The position numbers and the translations under genes were made by a program. Under the pieces are notes generated by a model. That model saw nothing but the letters and a program-made list of their open reading frames with translations. It was not told the DNA's origin and did not search any database. DNA of 64,000 nucleotides from positions 65,322 through 129,321 of the IMG/VR virus record IMGVR_UViG_3300035180_000343. One strand, given 5' to 3'. Of the stretch, positions 1 to 9,627 are shown piece after piece (the first letter of the stretch is position 1; every line of letters begins with the position of its first letter). Source of the stretch: a virus.

Positions 1-154
1 GTTGAAGATTGGCCGTCCTGGTATAGAAACTTGTTTGACGAGAGAACCCTCAGACTTGCAAATCGGACAATCTTTCAAATTGTCGTCTTTGATTGATTGG
101 TAGGCTTCGATCAATTCGTTACATTTTTGACATCGATATTCATAAAGTGGCATT

Positions 155-763
155 TCAATCTTCTCCAAATACGTCTTGGTAAACTGTTTTCATTCTGATG
201 ATGTCCGCACAAGTGTCGTGTAGACAATTGTGAGCAATCAACCCAGGAATATTCAAATTTTTGTACTTTCCGTATCCGTCGGTTGATCCAGTCAGAACAT
301 CGATGAAAGTTCTGATGTCGCGGATTGCCCAGGTATTGAACGGAAGATTCTTTCCAATCTGTTGATGCATTGACTCGATCATGGGGAAATCAAAATAGTT
401 GCCGCGACAAAAGACAAATGATTTTCTGTCATCGAATCGATATTCAGATTCGTGAAGATATTTAGACAGTTCGGTTAACCCATCTTCCATCGTCATGTCT
501 TCGTCGGAGTCTTCATAAACAGCTCTCGCCTCAGAACTCTGTTTCTTCCACCAGTCGATGGTGCTTTTGTCAACTGTTCGACGATATTTGTCCCTTTGTT
601 CGCGTTTGTTGAATTTGACTGAGAATCCATCTTTAACATATTCTTCGAAGGATTTGTTTTCGTCAATTCGAAATGGAACACAGGCTAAAGACAACACAAT
701 TGAACTTGGCCGAGTCCCAAGAGTCTCGACGTCGAAATTTAGGAAAATTGGCGAATCTGTCAT
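155..763 (-). CDS. dexA: DEDDh 3'-5' exonuclease, T4 DexA-like
   Basis: FDVETLG ExoI motif, RGNYFD, HNCLHD; T4 core context. Confidence 0.75.
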   Translation of the reverse strand: MTDSPIFLNFDVETLGTRPSSIVLSLACVPFRIDENKSFEEYVKDGFSVKFNKREQRDKYRRTVDKSTIDWWKKQSSEARAVYEDSDEDMTMEDGLTELSKYLHESEYRFDDRKSFVFCRGNYFDFPMIESMHQQIGKNLPFNTWAIRDIRTFIDVLTGSTDGYGKYKNLNIPGLIAHNCLHDTCADIIRMKTVYQDVFGED

Positions 764-1272
764 TTTTTGCTTCCCATGAGCAGTATATAACGGTTAATAT
801 GTTTGATTTCTTTTTCAAATGGATCAATATCCAACAATGCAATTGGCTGATATTTCGCCAGAGCTGCAACGGTATCAAGAGAAATTACGTTATTGATTGC
901 TGACTGAATGATATTCTCTCTTGTTTGTCCAATACATTGTTCTTTCTCACGTTCAATGTTGGCATCTAAATTTTCCCGAAATTTGAAGAACTCGTCTGCC
1001 ACTTGATATGCATGTTTAGACGCCATTAGATTTAGATACGGAGGACGGTCGAATTGTCTAAGGTTAGCAACGAAGTGATATTTGATTTTCTCCATGTCTG
1101 CGTCATAGTGATTCAACAACGACAAGCATTGTAAGTTGTATTTCAAATACTTTGAATCCGTTGATTTCGTCCATCCAAGTTTAGTAAAATCGTATTTTCC
1201 TTGAAAGTGTAAATATAGTCCCATGAAACAGTTGTAAACATCGATGGGAGAAAACGTTGTTGTGACCATCAA
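760..1272 (-). CDS. 59: helicase loader, T4 gp59-like
   Basis: N-terminal VYNCFMGLYLHFQGKYDF resembles gp59; next to gp33. Confidence 0.7.
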   Translation of the reverse strand: MMVTTTFSPIDVYNCFMGLYLHFQGKYDFTKLGWTKSTDSKYLKYNLQCLSLLNHYDADMEKIKYHFVANLRQFDRPPYLNLMASKHAYQVADEFFKFRENLDANIEREKEQCIGQTRENIIQSAINNVISLDTVAALAKYQPIALLDIDPFEKEIKHINRYILLMGSKK

Positions 1273-1556
1273 AACTCCATCATTTGATTTGAAGTTCGTT
1301 TCAATAATCCAACACTTTCTCCTTGGACTCTAAGTTTCTCTTTAAGGGATTCCGATAACATTGCTGGGATGTCTTCGAAATCTACCTTATTAAGTTCGCT
1401 CCATTGAAGCAGTGCTTGGATATAATCCCCGTCAGTTTCGAGCACTGCTAACAATTCGATCTCTTCCGATACATTTCGTGGATTATCAAATTGACGATCA
1501 AACTTTTCAATTGGATCATTGATATGTTCGATGTCGTCAAAGAATAAATTATTCAT
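1269..1556 (-). CDS. 33: late-transcription coactivator, T4 gp33-like
   Basis: size, DYIQALLQWSE...LSESLKEKL...GLLK pattern, adjacent to gp59. Confidence 0.7.
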   Translation of the reverse strand: MNNLFFDDIEHINDPIEKFDRQFDNPRNVSEEIELLAVLETDGDYIQALLQWSELNKVDFEDIPAMLSESLKEKLRVQGESVGLLKRTSNQMMEF

Positions 1557-1567
1557 CTGCTATTCTC

Positions 1568-2635
1568 CTATCTTTTCCAAAGATTTTGTAAATTAAGATC
1601 GCCCAAATCATTCCTCACAGAGGATGTTAGATAACTAGACAATTCTACTTCCTGTGGAGCCACCTGTGAATTTTCGCTAGTGAAGTGCTTTTCAATCCAA
1701 GGTAAAGGATGCTCAATTCGTGGGATGCCATCCACCAGTTTCACCGCCTTCATACGTCGAGGTAACAAGTAGTCAATATAATTTGACAGAATTTTCTCGT
1801 TCAAACCCAACATCGTTCCATTCTCAAACAAATACCTCGCCCATTCTTTTTCTTGTTCTGCCGCCGCCATGAAAATCTGTGTTGCATTCTTTCGATTGTC
1901 GCCGATGATTTGCACGAATTCTGGGTCATCTTGTGGAAGTAGCTTTAAGATGTGCTGAACTAAAACAAGGTGCATGTTCTCGTCACGAGCGATCATCTTG
2001 ATAGTCTTAGCTGATGCTTCAACCATTCCTCGTTCCATGAATGCGAACGTGCATGCAAAAGAAACATAGAATCTGATGGCTTCAAGTGCATTTGCAGAAA
2101 TCAGCGCAAGATAAAGATTTTCTTTGTTTGGATTGTTGCGTAGACGATCATATGATTCGGTGATGTCATGTGCGCAATCCACGATTGGACGAATATTGGG
2201 CATGTCGTCAACCACTTCAGCAGGGTTTGGATAGATAGCCCGTAAGATGTAGGTATAACTTGCACTGTGGATAGACTCGAAAAACGACCATGTTAGAATG
2301 GCATTTTCTAATGTCGGGTCAGTGCAGTGTTCCAAGAAAGTGAGAGCTGGTGCCCTTCCCTGGATTGAATCCAATAAGATTTGTCGTTTAAGATTAGATG
2401 TAAAGATGAACTGTTCGGCATCTGTCATCTTATCGAAACTACGTTTCTCTTGAGAAAAGTCGATTTCCTGTGGACGCCAAAAAAAGGATTTCATCTTCTC
2501 GTCAATTTTGTCCAAGATTGGATAACGTATTGTATCGTAACGACAGATGCCATGTCCACTCTCGCCAAAGAATAACTTGTCGGGGTGAACATTCATTGAT
2601 AGAACTGGTTGAAAAGTGGTCATTAGTAACTCCAT
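1568..2635 (-). CDS. nrdB: ribonucleotide reductase class Ia beta subunit
   Basis: FFWRPQEI, LDSIQGR, ESIHSASY, EAIRFYVSF, DENMH, APQEVE..SY. Confidence 0.97.
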   Translation of the reverse strand: MELLMTTFQPVLSMNVHPDKLFFGESGHGICRYDTIRYPILDKIDEKMKSFFWRPQEIDFSQEKRSFDKMTDAEQFIFTSNLKRQILLDSIQGRAPALTFLEHCTDPTLENAILTWSFFESIHSASYTYILRAIYPNPAEVVDDMPNIRPIVDCAHDITESYDRLRNNPNKENLYLALISANALEAIRFYVSFACTFAFMERGMVEASAKTIKMIARDENMHLVLVQHILKLLPQDDPEFVQIIGDNRKNATQIFMAAAEQEKEWARYLFENGTMLGLNEKILSNYIDYLLPRRMKAVKLVDGIPRIEHPLPWIEKHFTSENSQVAPQEVELSSYLTSSVRNDLGDLNLQNLWKR

Positions 2636-2673
2636 AAAGTTTAATTATACGCTAAATTACCTGATAAGTCAAG

Positions 2674-4920
2674 TCAGAGTTTACATGCACCACTTTCACA
2701 TCCACCATCTTCTAACATATCATCCCCGGATCCATCATATGTGTTTGAATAGTATAACGTTTTCACTCCAGACTGATAAGCAAACAATAGGTCAGAAATA
2801 AGACAACTCATAGTAATTTCACCACGGGATGGGTTATAACTGGTATTTGCTGAGATTGATTGGTCAACCCAACGTTGCATTACTGCAACTGTTTTAAGAT
2901 AATCTCGAACATCGACATTCCATAGAGTCTCATATACGTTATTCAGTTTGCTAAATTCTGGAACAACTTGTGGCAATACACCCTCTTTGGATCCTTTGAT
3001 GGTGATTAGACTTCTTGGCGGTTCAAATCCAGATGTTTCGTTCGATAGCTGTGAACTTGTTTCACAGGGCATTAGTGCCATTAAAGTTGCGTTACGAATA
3101 CCATATTTGAGTGCTCGAGTTTTCAATGCATCCCAATCCATTCTAGTTTGCCCTGGCACCACACTGACGTCTTTGGGGAAAATGCCGTCATGATATCGAG
3201 TGCGAACATCAATGCTTCCTCGTTCTTCCGCAAGACTGATTGACGATTCTGTTAGATAATAAGCAATACGCTCCATCAACTTATCGGTTTCTAGCAGTGC
3301 TTCATCTGATCCCCATGTCATTCGACCTTTAGCTAACCAGTGTGCATATCCAATAATACCTATTCCAAGTGGACGATACCGTTCGGTGTGACGTCGGGCA
3401 GCGTCGTTCATATAGTCTTGATATGATAAAAGCTCATCCAACCCTCTGTTTAAAACTTGACAACAATCTCTAAGAATATCAATCTGTGACTCTGTCATTT
3501 CTTTGCTGAATTTACCAACATTAACAGCGGCCAGAGTGCATAGAGCAATGAGGGATTCATTATTGCCCATTGGTGCAGTAGGAAGACAGATTTCTTGGCA
3601 TAGGTTAGATAAGAAAATGTGTTCATAGAATGGAGTTTGCGTATTTACGTTATCAGCATTAAAGATATAGATTCGACCAGTCTCAAATCGTTCGTTCATC
3701 AACTTGGAAAAATATTCCATTGCTGGGATACTTTTACGAGTGACCTTTGGAGACGTTTCGTATTTTTCATACAAAGTTTTGAAAAGTTCGGTGTCATTGC
3801 TATAGAAGGCATCATATAAATCTGGTACTTCTTCTGGGCTGAATAAAGTAATATTGCCACCAGTTACAAGTCGTTCATACATGAATCCATTTAACGCAAC
3901 CGAATAATCCATGGTTCTGATTCGTGTTTCTTCTGTCCCTTTGTTGTTCTTAAGCTCAATCAAGCTCTCGAACTCAATATGCCAACCTGGATACGACATC
4001 GTAGCAGATGCACCACGAACTGATCCCTGTGAACATGATTTAAGTGCGGCATTGAAATACTTTGCAAAAGGAATGACCCCAGTAGTAACTGCTGTGCCTT
4101 TGTTGACTAATTGTCCAACACCACGAATACGCCCGACATTGATACCAATTCCTGCTTTCTTGGATGCATATTCAACAATAGCGGAAGCAGTGGAATTTAT
4201 AGATGACAGCGAATCTCCACTATCAATTACCGTACAAGATGAGAATTGTTTTACTGGTGTTCTCATACCAGCCATAATTGGCGTGGGCAATGAAATATAA
4301 TGTTGACTTGCCAAATCGTAGAATTTCTTAACCCACATCATTCGAGTTTCTTTCGGATAACGTGCAAATAGCGTAGCAGCAACCATGATATATGGAAACT
4401 GGAAAGATTCATATATCTTCCTCGTCTTTCTATTTTGTACCAAATATTTCTTGCGCATCTGTTCGGCGCCGGCATATCTGAACAGATCGTCTCGACGGTG
4501 GTCGATCATTGAATTGAGTTCGTCTATTTCTTCATCGTTATAATATTGTAGAATATCGCCCGAGTAGAACCCAGATTCAATGTTGCGATTTAAAACTGTT
4601 CGCAGGTGAGGTGGCATGTTAGTGCCGAATGCTTCTTTGCGAACTGTAAACCAAACCAGTCTTGCTGCCACGTGGTCATAGTTTGGTGTGTCTTCGGAAA
4701 TCAAGTCAGATGCTGCTTTTATTAGAAGTGAATGTATCTCACTTGTTTTCATCCTGTTGTAGAAATGTATTTGTGCCTGCATTTCTATATGCGACACGGA
4801 GACGCATCGAATGGGTGTGAGGCCATCGTCGTTGTCGCCACCACATGCCCATTCAAGGACATTATGGATTTTAGTTAAATCAAGAGGTTGGACTGATCCG
4901 TCACGTTTAATTACGTTCAA
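2674..4920 (-). CDS. nrdA: ribonucleotide reductase class Ia alpha subunit
   Basis: ATP-cone VIKRDG, FSSC, SNLCQEI, CTLAA, LMPCETSS, C-terminal CESGAC. Confidence 0.97.
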   Translation of the reverse strand: MNVIKRDGSVQPLDLTKIHNVLEWACGGDNDDGLTPIRCVSVSHIEMQAQIHFYNRMKTSEIHSLLIKAASDLISEDTPNYDHVAARLVWFTVRKEAFGTNMPPHLRTVLNRNIESGFYSGDILQYYNDEEIDELNSMIDHRRDDLFRYAGAEQMRKKYLVQNRKTRKIYESFQFPYIMVAATLFARYPKETRMMWVKKFYDLASQHYISLPTPIMAGMRTPVKQFSSCTVIDSGDSLSSINSTASAIVEYASKKAGIGINVGRIRGVGQLVNKGTAVTTGVIPFAKYFNAALKSCSQGSVRGASATMSYPGWHIEFESLIELKNNKGTEETRIRTMDYSVALNGFMYERLVTGGNITLFSPEEVPDLYDAFYSNDTELFKTLYEKYETSPKVTRKSIPAMEYFSKLMNERFETGRIYIFNADNVNTQTPFYEHIFLSNLCQEICLPTAPMGNNESLIALCTLAAVNVGKFSKEMTESQIDILRDCCQVLNRGLDELLSYQDYMNDAARRHTERYRPLGIGIIGYAHWLAKGRMTWGSDEALLETDKLMERIAYYLTESSISLAEERGSIDVRTRYHDGIFPKDVSVVPGQTRMDWDALKTRALKYGIRNATLMALMPCETSSQLSNETSGFEPPRSLITIKGSKEGVLPQVVPEFSKLNNVYETLWNVDVRDYLKTVAVMQRWVDQSISANTSYNPSRGEITMSCLISDLLFAYQSGVKTLYYSNTYDGSGDDMLEDGGCESGACKL

Positions 4921-4945
4921 GTTGAAGACTCCGCGATGTTAGATG

Positions 4946-4974
4946 AAAAGCCACGAATTTTTAGGCTCGTGGCA
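4946..4974 (-). terminator. stem-loop upstream of nrdA
   Basis: gccacga...tcgtggc inverted repeat with A-run on plus strand. Confidence 0.5.
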
Positions 4975-5193
4975 GGTAATTGACATACGATATATAAAAT
5001 TTGCTATTCTTTTTGTGGAAAATTATTGATAATTTCAGCATCTTTTGGATTAGACGGGTCAAACTTTTGAATGCGAAATCCTTTGGCATACTCTTCGTCG
5101 ACTTTAGTTATTCTAACGAGTGGATATTTATTCCAATTCGTTCGTATATACTTTACATCGGTTTCGTTTTTAATCGTCATTATTCTTAAGCAC

Positions 5194-5457
5194 TTATAGT
5201 CCGACTTCGAGATGATAAAGCGCGTTCACTTCATATACTTCTAAATCGCCAATTTTTAGTGATTGGTTATCTTCTTCTGAACTCAGGACATTTTTTGTTA
5301 ATGCATCCTTTTCTGCTCGAACGATTGCTAACTCGATACTACCGAGATATACCTTAGTTGGCTTCTTTCCAGTTTCGCGCTCAAAGTAGTATGCTTTTTT
5401 GAAAATCGTGGTGGAAATACTAGTAGATTGTTGCATTAAGTTACCTCGAGAAATCAA
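5194..5457 (-). CDS. hypothetical protein
   Basis: ORF overlapping dCMP deaminase stop. Confidence 0.6.
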   Translation of the reverse strand: MISRGNLMQQSTSISTTIFKKAYYFERETGKKPTKVYLGSIELAIVRAEKDALTKNVLSSEEDNQSLKIGDLEVYEVNALYHLEVGL

Positions 5458-5999
5458 TAGAAGTCGACTTCAACACCGCTTTCATTAAACATGGTGGCTG
5501 CTACTTCAAAACTGTCGGCCCACCGACCGTCTATCTCGGGTAAAGGGGCGATAACTTTAGTAATTCCTGCCTGGATGATTAGTTTAGCGCATTCCGCGCA
5601 TGGATGGAGCGCACTGACAATAAGTGTCCCACCTGCAACGGATATTCCTGAGCGTGCGGCAGTTGCTATCGCATTGGCCTCAGCGTGAATAACATACTTC
5701 AGCTTTGTAGCTCTGTCATTCAGTCTTGCATCGGTATCCTCCACCCCAACGGGGAATCCATTATACCCGATGCTTAATATGCGATTCGCTTCGTTGACAA
5801 TACAGCACCCGACCTTGGTACTTGGGTCTTTTGACCATGATCCTACCAAATGTGCCAGGTCCACAAATTTTGATTGCCATGATGGTTTCATTCGCCTGTT
5901 CCAACGCCGATAAACCAACCAAGAAACAGGGAAACTGGTATCGACAAGAGAAACCAGAACAATAGTGCGAGCAAGTAATTCATTTCGTTCTCCTTTCAC
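5454..5999 (-). CDS. cd: dCMP deaminase
   Basis: SKDPSTKVG, GYNGFP, HAEANAI, PCAECAK Zn motifs. Confidence 0.92.
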   Translation of the reverse strand: MKGERNELLARTIVLVSLVDTSFPVSWLVYRRWNRRMKPSWQSKFVDLAHLVGSWSKDPSTKVGCCIVNEANRILSIGYNGFPVGVEDTDARLNDRATKLKYVIHAEANAIATAARSGISVAGGTLIVSALHPCAECAKLIIQAGITKVIAPLPEIDGRWADSFEVAATMFNESGVEVDFY

Positions 6000-6249
6000 T
6001 TCGGCGCACAGGCTCGTATGTCACATCGAAAATATCCGGCTTACAGGGATATAACTCACCTTTGACACCCCGAATTATCCAATCCCCGATGTTTGCTTTC
6101 ATCGTTCCTTCCAAGGTTACGATGTAAAGCCCTTCAGGACGGTTTCTAATTTCTCGCGTACCTCCCATGTTCATAATCCGCTCAACGCTTTCATTAGTCC
6201 CATCGTAGCATTCTGCTTCAATTACAACCGGCTTCTTTCTAAATTTCAT
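5980..6249 (-). CDS. conserved small phage protein (KKPVVIEA...GDWII...YPCKPDIF family)
   Basis: recognisable motifs; paralog at 44534..44836. Confidence 0.7.
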   Translation of the reverse strand: MKFRKKPVVIEAECYDGTNESVERIMNMGGTREIRNRPEGLYIVTLEGTMKANIGDWIIRGVKGELYPCKPDIFDVTYEPVRRSERRTK

Positions 6250-6285
6250 GATTTTTAGTTTTCCTTTGTTGTTTATATCTTCGCG

Positions 6286-6618
6286 TCAGGCACCAGTCGC
6301 TTTCGACCCCATTAACGCTGCAAGCGTGTCCGATGTCATCGCGTCAGTGTTGCGCCCCTTGTCCAAATACATCAGTGTCAGTCTCCGTACAGCGGTCAGT
6401 GCCTCCACCTCGGTCAGCCCGGCAAGGCCGCCGCAGTGCGCAAGGTCTGCGATCTGCTTTAGCGTATTCTCTTCCTCCGCCACGTCGGTTTCTCGACGCG
6501 TTCTCAGTTCGCGCAGCCATCGCACAAGCTCCGCATGCTCATTTCCACAGTCCGTACCGCGGCACTTGTAAGCCTGCGCATCTGCATGTGCTATCGCTTC
6601 GTCAATTGTCATATTCAT
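6286..6618 (-). CDS. hypothetical protein in GC-rich island
   Basis: RBS ggag before ATG; high GC3. Confidence 0.65.
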   Translation of the reverse strand: MNMTIDEAIAHADAQAYKCRGTDCGNEHAELVRWLRELRTRRETDVAEEENTLKQIADLAHCGGLAGLTEVEALTAVRRLTLMYLDKGRNTDAMTSDTLAALMGSKATGA

Positions 6619-6629
6619 GTCTCCGTAGT

Positions 6630-6707
6630 GTGTTCTAACCCAACAGTCGATGTGGACGTCTGAGCAATGAAGCTGTTACAAGGCCAGTGACTTCTATGTT
6701 AGAGCAC
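6630..6707 (-). other. attC-like imperfect hairpin
   Basis: GTGCTCTAAC...GTTAGAACAC ends (9/10 complementary), 78 bp, immediately before RBS+ATG. Confidence 0.35.
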
Positions 6708-6763
6708 TCGCGTATACCCACGGCGCAATTGTGCGCCCCGTCGTGGTTATTCCATTCTCCTTT

Positions 6764-7354
6764 CTACCCATCAATACGCTTGAACTCAATATGAGTTCCA
6801 TTGCCACCGACCTCTATTACATATCTAGGGATAGTACTTCCTTCGGGAATCTCATCAAATTCCGGTGACAGAGCCGTGTATTCAATTGCATCGGTATAGT
6901 ACATCGTTTCACACCGAATAACAATACAGCGCCCCATGATAGATCTGACTATATCGGGGCGCTCTTCTATTAGTTTACGGCTTATCTCGAAACGGCCTAC
7001 TCGTCTGTTCTCATTCGTCTGAGTTATTTTTCCATGTTCGTCATTCGTCGGGGCGGCGGACAATTCTTCTGCGTTATCGGATGGCTTTAAATGTACTGTC
7101 ATTTGTGAACTATCTAAGGCAGTGCACTTCAGCACATCGACTCCAGAACGTACAGAGTAATCAGCGCCACCACTAGACCATGAGTTAGTAATGGTTATAG
7201 TATTAATCATGTCGCTTACTTGATCACAATCATCACTACCTTGCTTCCAGTCACAGGAGTCACACTCCCACTTGCCGTTGCGCTCTTTAATGTTTCCACC
7301 ACAGGCACATGGGAAACTAGGTTCTTTATCTTCCGGTATGCTATCGAACGCCAT
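6764..7354 (-). CDS. hypothetical protein with N-terminal Zn ribbon (possibly fused modules)
   Basis: CACGG...CDSC; RBS aaggag. Confidence 0.6.
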   Translation of the reverse strand: MAFDSIPEDKEPSFPCACGGNIKERNGKWECDSCDWKQGSDDCDQVSDMINTITITNSWSSGGADYSVRSGVDVLKCTALDSSQMTVHLKPSDNAEELSAAPTNDEHGKITQTNENRRVGRFEISRKLIEERPDIVRSIMGRCIVIRCETMYYTDAIEYTALSPEFDEIPEGSTIPRYVIEVGGNGTHIEFKRIDG

Positions 7355-7371
7355 TTAGTTCTCCTTGTTGT

Positions 7372-7584
7372 TCATATCTTCGCACCAGGCCATTGTCCGA
7401 TGTCTCGGTGCAACTGCTCCAGCTCGCCGTCCCACGGAACGAACGCACGTACACTGTCATTCATTCCCCACTCTTTGCCACATCGCGTACAACCAACCTT
7501 CCGGCTTGTCTGGCTGAAAACCCGTTGCACCACGTAGCGATGTCCAAACAGCGCGCAAATTAGTTTCTTAAGCACTTTCATCAT
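7372..7584 (-). CDS. small Cys/His prophage-type protein
   Basis: LICALFGHRY...CTRCG. Confidence 0.65.
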   Translation of the reverse strand: MMKVLKKLICALFGHRYVVQRVFSQTSRKVGCTRCGKEWGMNDSVRAFVPWDGELEQLHRDIGQWPGAKI

Positions 7585-8009
7585 TCTTTATGTTTGCCGC
7601 TGCCAATTCCAAGCCCCTCGTTAATCGTATCTAACGCGCGTACTACTGCATCAAGCATGCTAATGATGTCGCCTAGTAATTTTTCAGAACTTCGGGAGGG
7701 TTCTTCAATATCTGACTTCACTGAGTTGTTCGGATATGACACGTCAGGTAGCTTAATCTCAACTGGCTTGCGGGTTTCAAATCCGCAGCATCGACCGACC
7801 AGATCAATTTTTCCGCATTGGGTGCACCTCCACATAACTTGTACTTTGTCACATGGTTGATCATTACTCAGCCAACGTTTAATGCCGTCCGATCCTACGT
7901 ACCATTTCGGTGTTCCGGCAAATTCTGTTTTATTTACGCCGTACTTATCCAGTACGGCCTGCAAGTCATTTGTGAATGCCTGTGTTACTTGTTCCTTTGT
8001 CTGCATCAT
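7581..8009 (-). CDS. early hypothetical protein
   Basis: directly downstream of early promoter 8039-8067. Confidence 0.6.
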   Translation of the reverse strand: MMQTKEQVTQAFTNDLQAVLDKYGVNKTEFAGTPKWYVGSDGIKRWLSNDQPCDKVQVMWRCTQCGKIDLVGRCCGFETRKPVEIKLPDVSYPNNSVKSDIEEPSRSSEKLLGDIISMLDAVVRALDTINEGLGIGSGKHKE

Positions 8010-8038
8010 TTTGTTCTCTGTTTATGCATTATGAACAA

Positions 8039-8067
8039 ATTATATAAGAAGACCGAAAGAATGTCAA
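8039..8067 (-). promoter_or_regulatory. repeated sigma70 early promoter copy 1
   Basis: TTGACA-17-TATAAT with conserved spacer and leader. Confidence 0.85.
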
Positions 8068-8246
8068 GACTTTTTCTGAATTTTGTTCTTCAGAATCCAC
8101 TTGTCTCCAAGTGTTTCAATTGCTTTTAATCGTTTCTGTTCAAGTCTATCGGCAGCATCTTCGTCGACTTTGATACGTTTAACTGAAATGTATTCTTCAT
8201 CGTCGATAGCAGAAGCAGAGAAAAGATTCCTGAAAAAGTTAAACAT
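8064..8246 (-). CDS. hypothetical protein
   Basis: ORF coupled to PRTase stop. Confidence 0.55.
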   Translation of the reverse strand: MFNFFRNLFSASAIDDEEYISVKRIKVDEDAADRLEQKRLKAIETLGDKWILKNKIQKKS

Positions 8247-9025
8247 TATTCGATTCCTTTAATAATTGCATCACGACCACGGCTCATCTTCTTTACGTCT
8301 GCCATTGTTGGGTGGAAACCTTGAACTAAAATTGGGTCGTCAAATCGATTTCCAGTAGAAAGCGAAATTAGACAACATATCTTAGGAAGAACTTGGGCAA
8401 GAATATATTCATTTTCGACTCCATCGTCATCTCTGATATTAACTCTTGAACCCAAAGGAACTTCTTTAAGAAGCTCTGACTCTAATTCTTCCCTCCGTTT
8501 AATAAGTTCCGAGATCTGATCGTCAATTGTTTCTATCGTTTCCGGCTGCTCGACATATTCGGATTCAAACGGTTGCACTATCCATTGATCGATTGGAACA
8601 TTTTGTTCAACCACGAAATCTGGGGAACATTTAGAATTTTCTTTTTGCCACAATGTTGCGATACGCCAGAAATACAAATCAACATATGACTCGATTAAAA
8701 CTCGCTTAATTTTGTTAAGAGTTTCTCCAGAATCGACAAGATCATCCACTATAAGAAAGTTTGTCTGCCCATTTTTGTTCATATCTGGCGGAAGTATTAG
8801 ATCCGAAACCAAGACATTTCCTGTTTTCTTCGTTCCTTCATATGATTTAGCAACGACAAAAATCAATGGAATATTTAATGCCTCACTGATTCGATTTGCG
8901 ACATAATATCCACCTCGCATTACTGCGACTACATGGGTGAACTTATAATTCGAACCTTTGATTTTATCAATCAATTGATCGCAAAGTTTATTATACTCAT
9001 TCCAGCTTACATATCGTTTTTTCAT
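8246..9025 (-). CDS. type I purine phosphoribosyltransferase with extra C-terminal domain
   Basis: VAVMRGG, LIVDDLVDSGETL PRPP motif, WIVQPFE. Confidence 0.85.
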   Translation of the reverse strand: MKKRYVSWNEYNKLCDQLIDKIKGSNYKFTHVVAVMRGGYYVANRISEALNIPLIFVVAKSYEGTKKTGNVLVSDLILPPDMNKNGQTNFLIVDDLVDSGETLNKIKRVLIESYVDLYFWRIATLWQKENSKCSPDFVVEQNVPIDQWIVQPFESEYVEQPETIETIDDQISELIKRREELESELLKEVPLGSRVNIRDDDGVENEYILAQVLPKICCLISLSTGNRFDDPILVQGFHPTMADVKKMSRGRDAIIKGIE

Positions 9026-9060
9026 TTATTTCTCCTTCACTGTTTAACTACTATGGACAA

Positions 9061-9089
9061 ATTATATAAGAAGCCCGGAAGAATGTCAA
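9061..9089 (-). promoter_or_regulatory. repeated sigma70 early promoter copy 2
   Basis: TTGACA-17-TATAAT. Confidence 0.85.
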
Positions 9090-9102
9090 GAACTTCGTGA
9101 GA

Positions 9103-9525
9103 TCAATTGAATTTGGATTGACGATAGAAAAAATGATTCCCAATCACGGCAGTTCGAATCATCTTTTTCGTCCATCCTGGCCGAACTGTTTGGTTGTGGA
9201 AAAATTCTGCACCGTGTGTTGTATCCGAATGCGGCGAATGTAGGAAACGATATGCAATATCCAAGGATTGTTTCCATTCTGGGTTCTCTGAACTTGGAAT
9301 GATGGTCGGCGGCACAAAAACTTCATCTTCTCCGACGGGCTTGTGGACGAATCTTGATGTCCAAGAAAATTGTTTCCTCTCAAAAACAACACCACAGGTT
9401 GATTTGTCGGAACTATCTGATCTATTGAATGTTACGTGTGCGATGGCTTCTTTGCCACGAATTGATTCGTGCGATGCCTCGTAAAAAATGTTCAAAGCAA
9501 GACACATGAAAGTGCTAATAATCAT
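9103..9525 (-). CDS. SleB-like cell wall hydrolase (Hydrolase_2)
   Basis: CLALNIFYEA, VVFERKQFSW, IGNHFFY. Confidence 0.9.
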   Translation of the reverse strand: MIISTFMCLALNIFYEASHESIRGKEAIAHVTFNRSDSSDKSTCGVVFERKQFSWTSRFVHKPVGEDEVFVPPTIIPSSENPEWKQSLDIAYRFLHSPHSDTTHGAEFFHNQTVRPGWTKKMIRTAVIGNHFFYRQSKFN

Positions 9526-9627
9526 AGCTGGTCTCCTGACAGGGGAATAGAGTGTTTAGTGATCCTTCAGTTAAAATCAGTTGAAAATGGGAGGAACAAA
9601 TCCTCCCAGGTTGTGACAAGAATGATA

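Noticed and set aside
1568-4920. Introns or inteins in nrdAB, as in T4
   Set aside because: Both ORFs are continuous and of normal length
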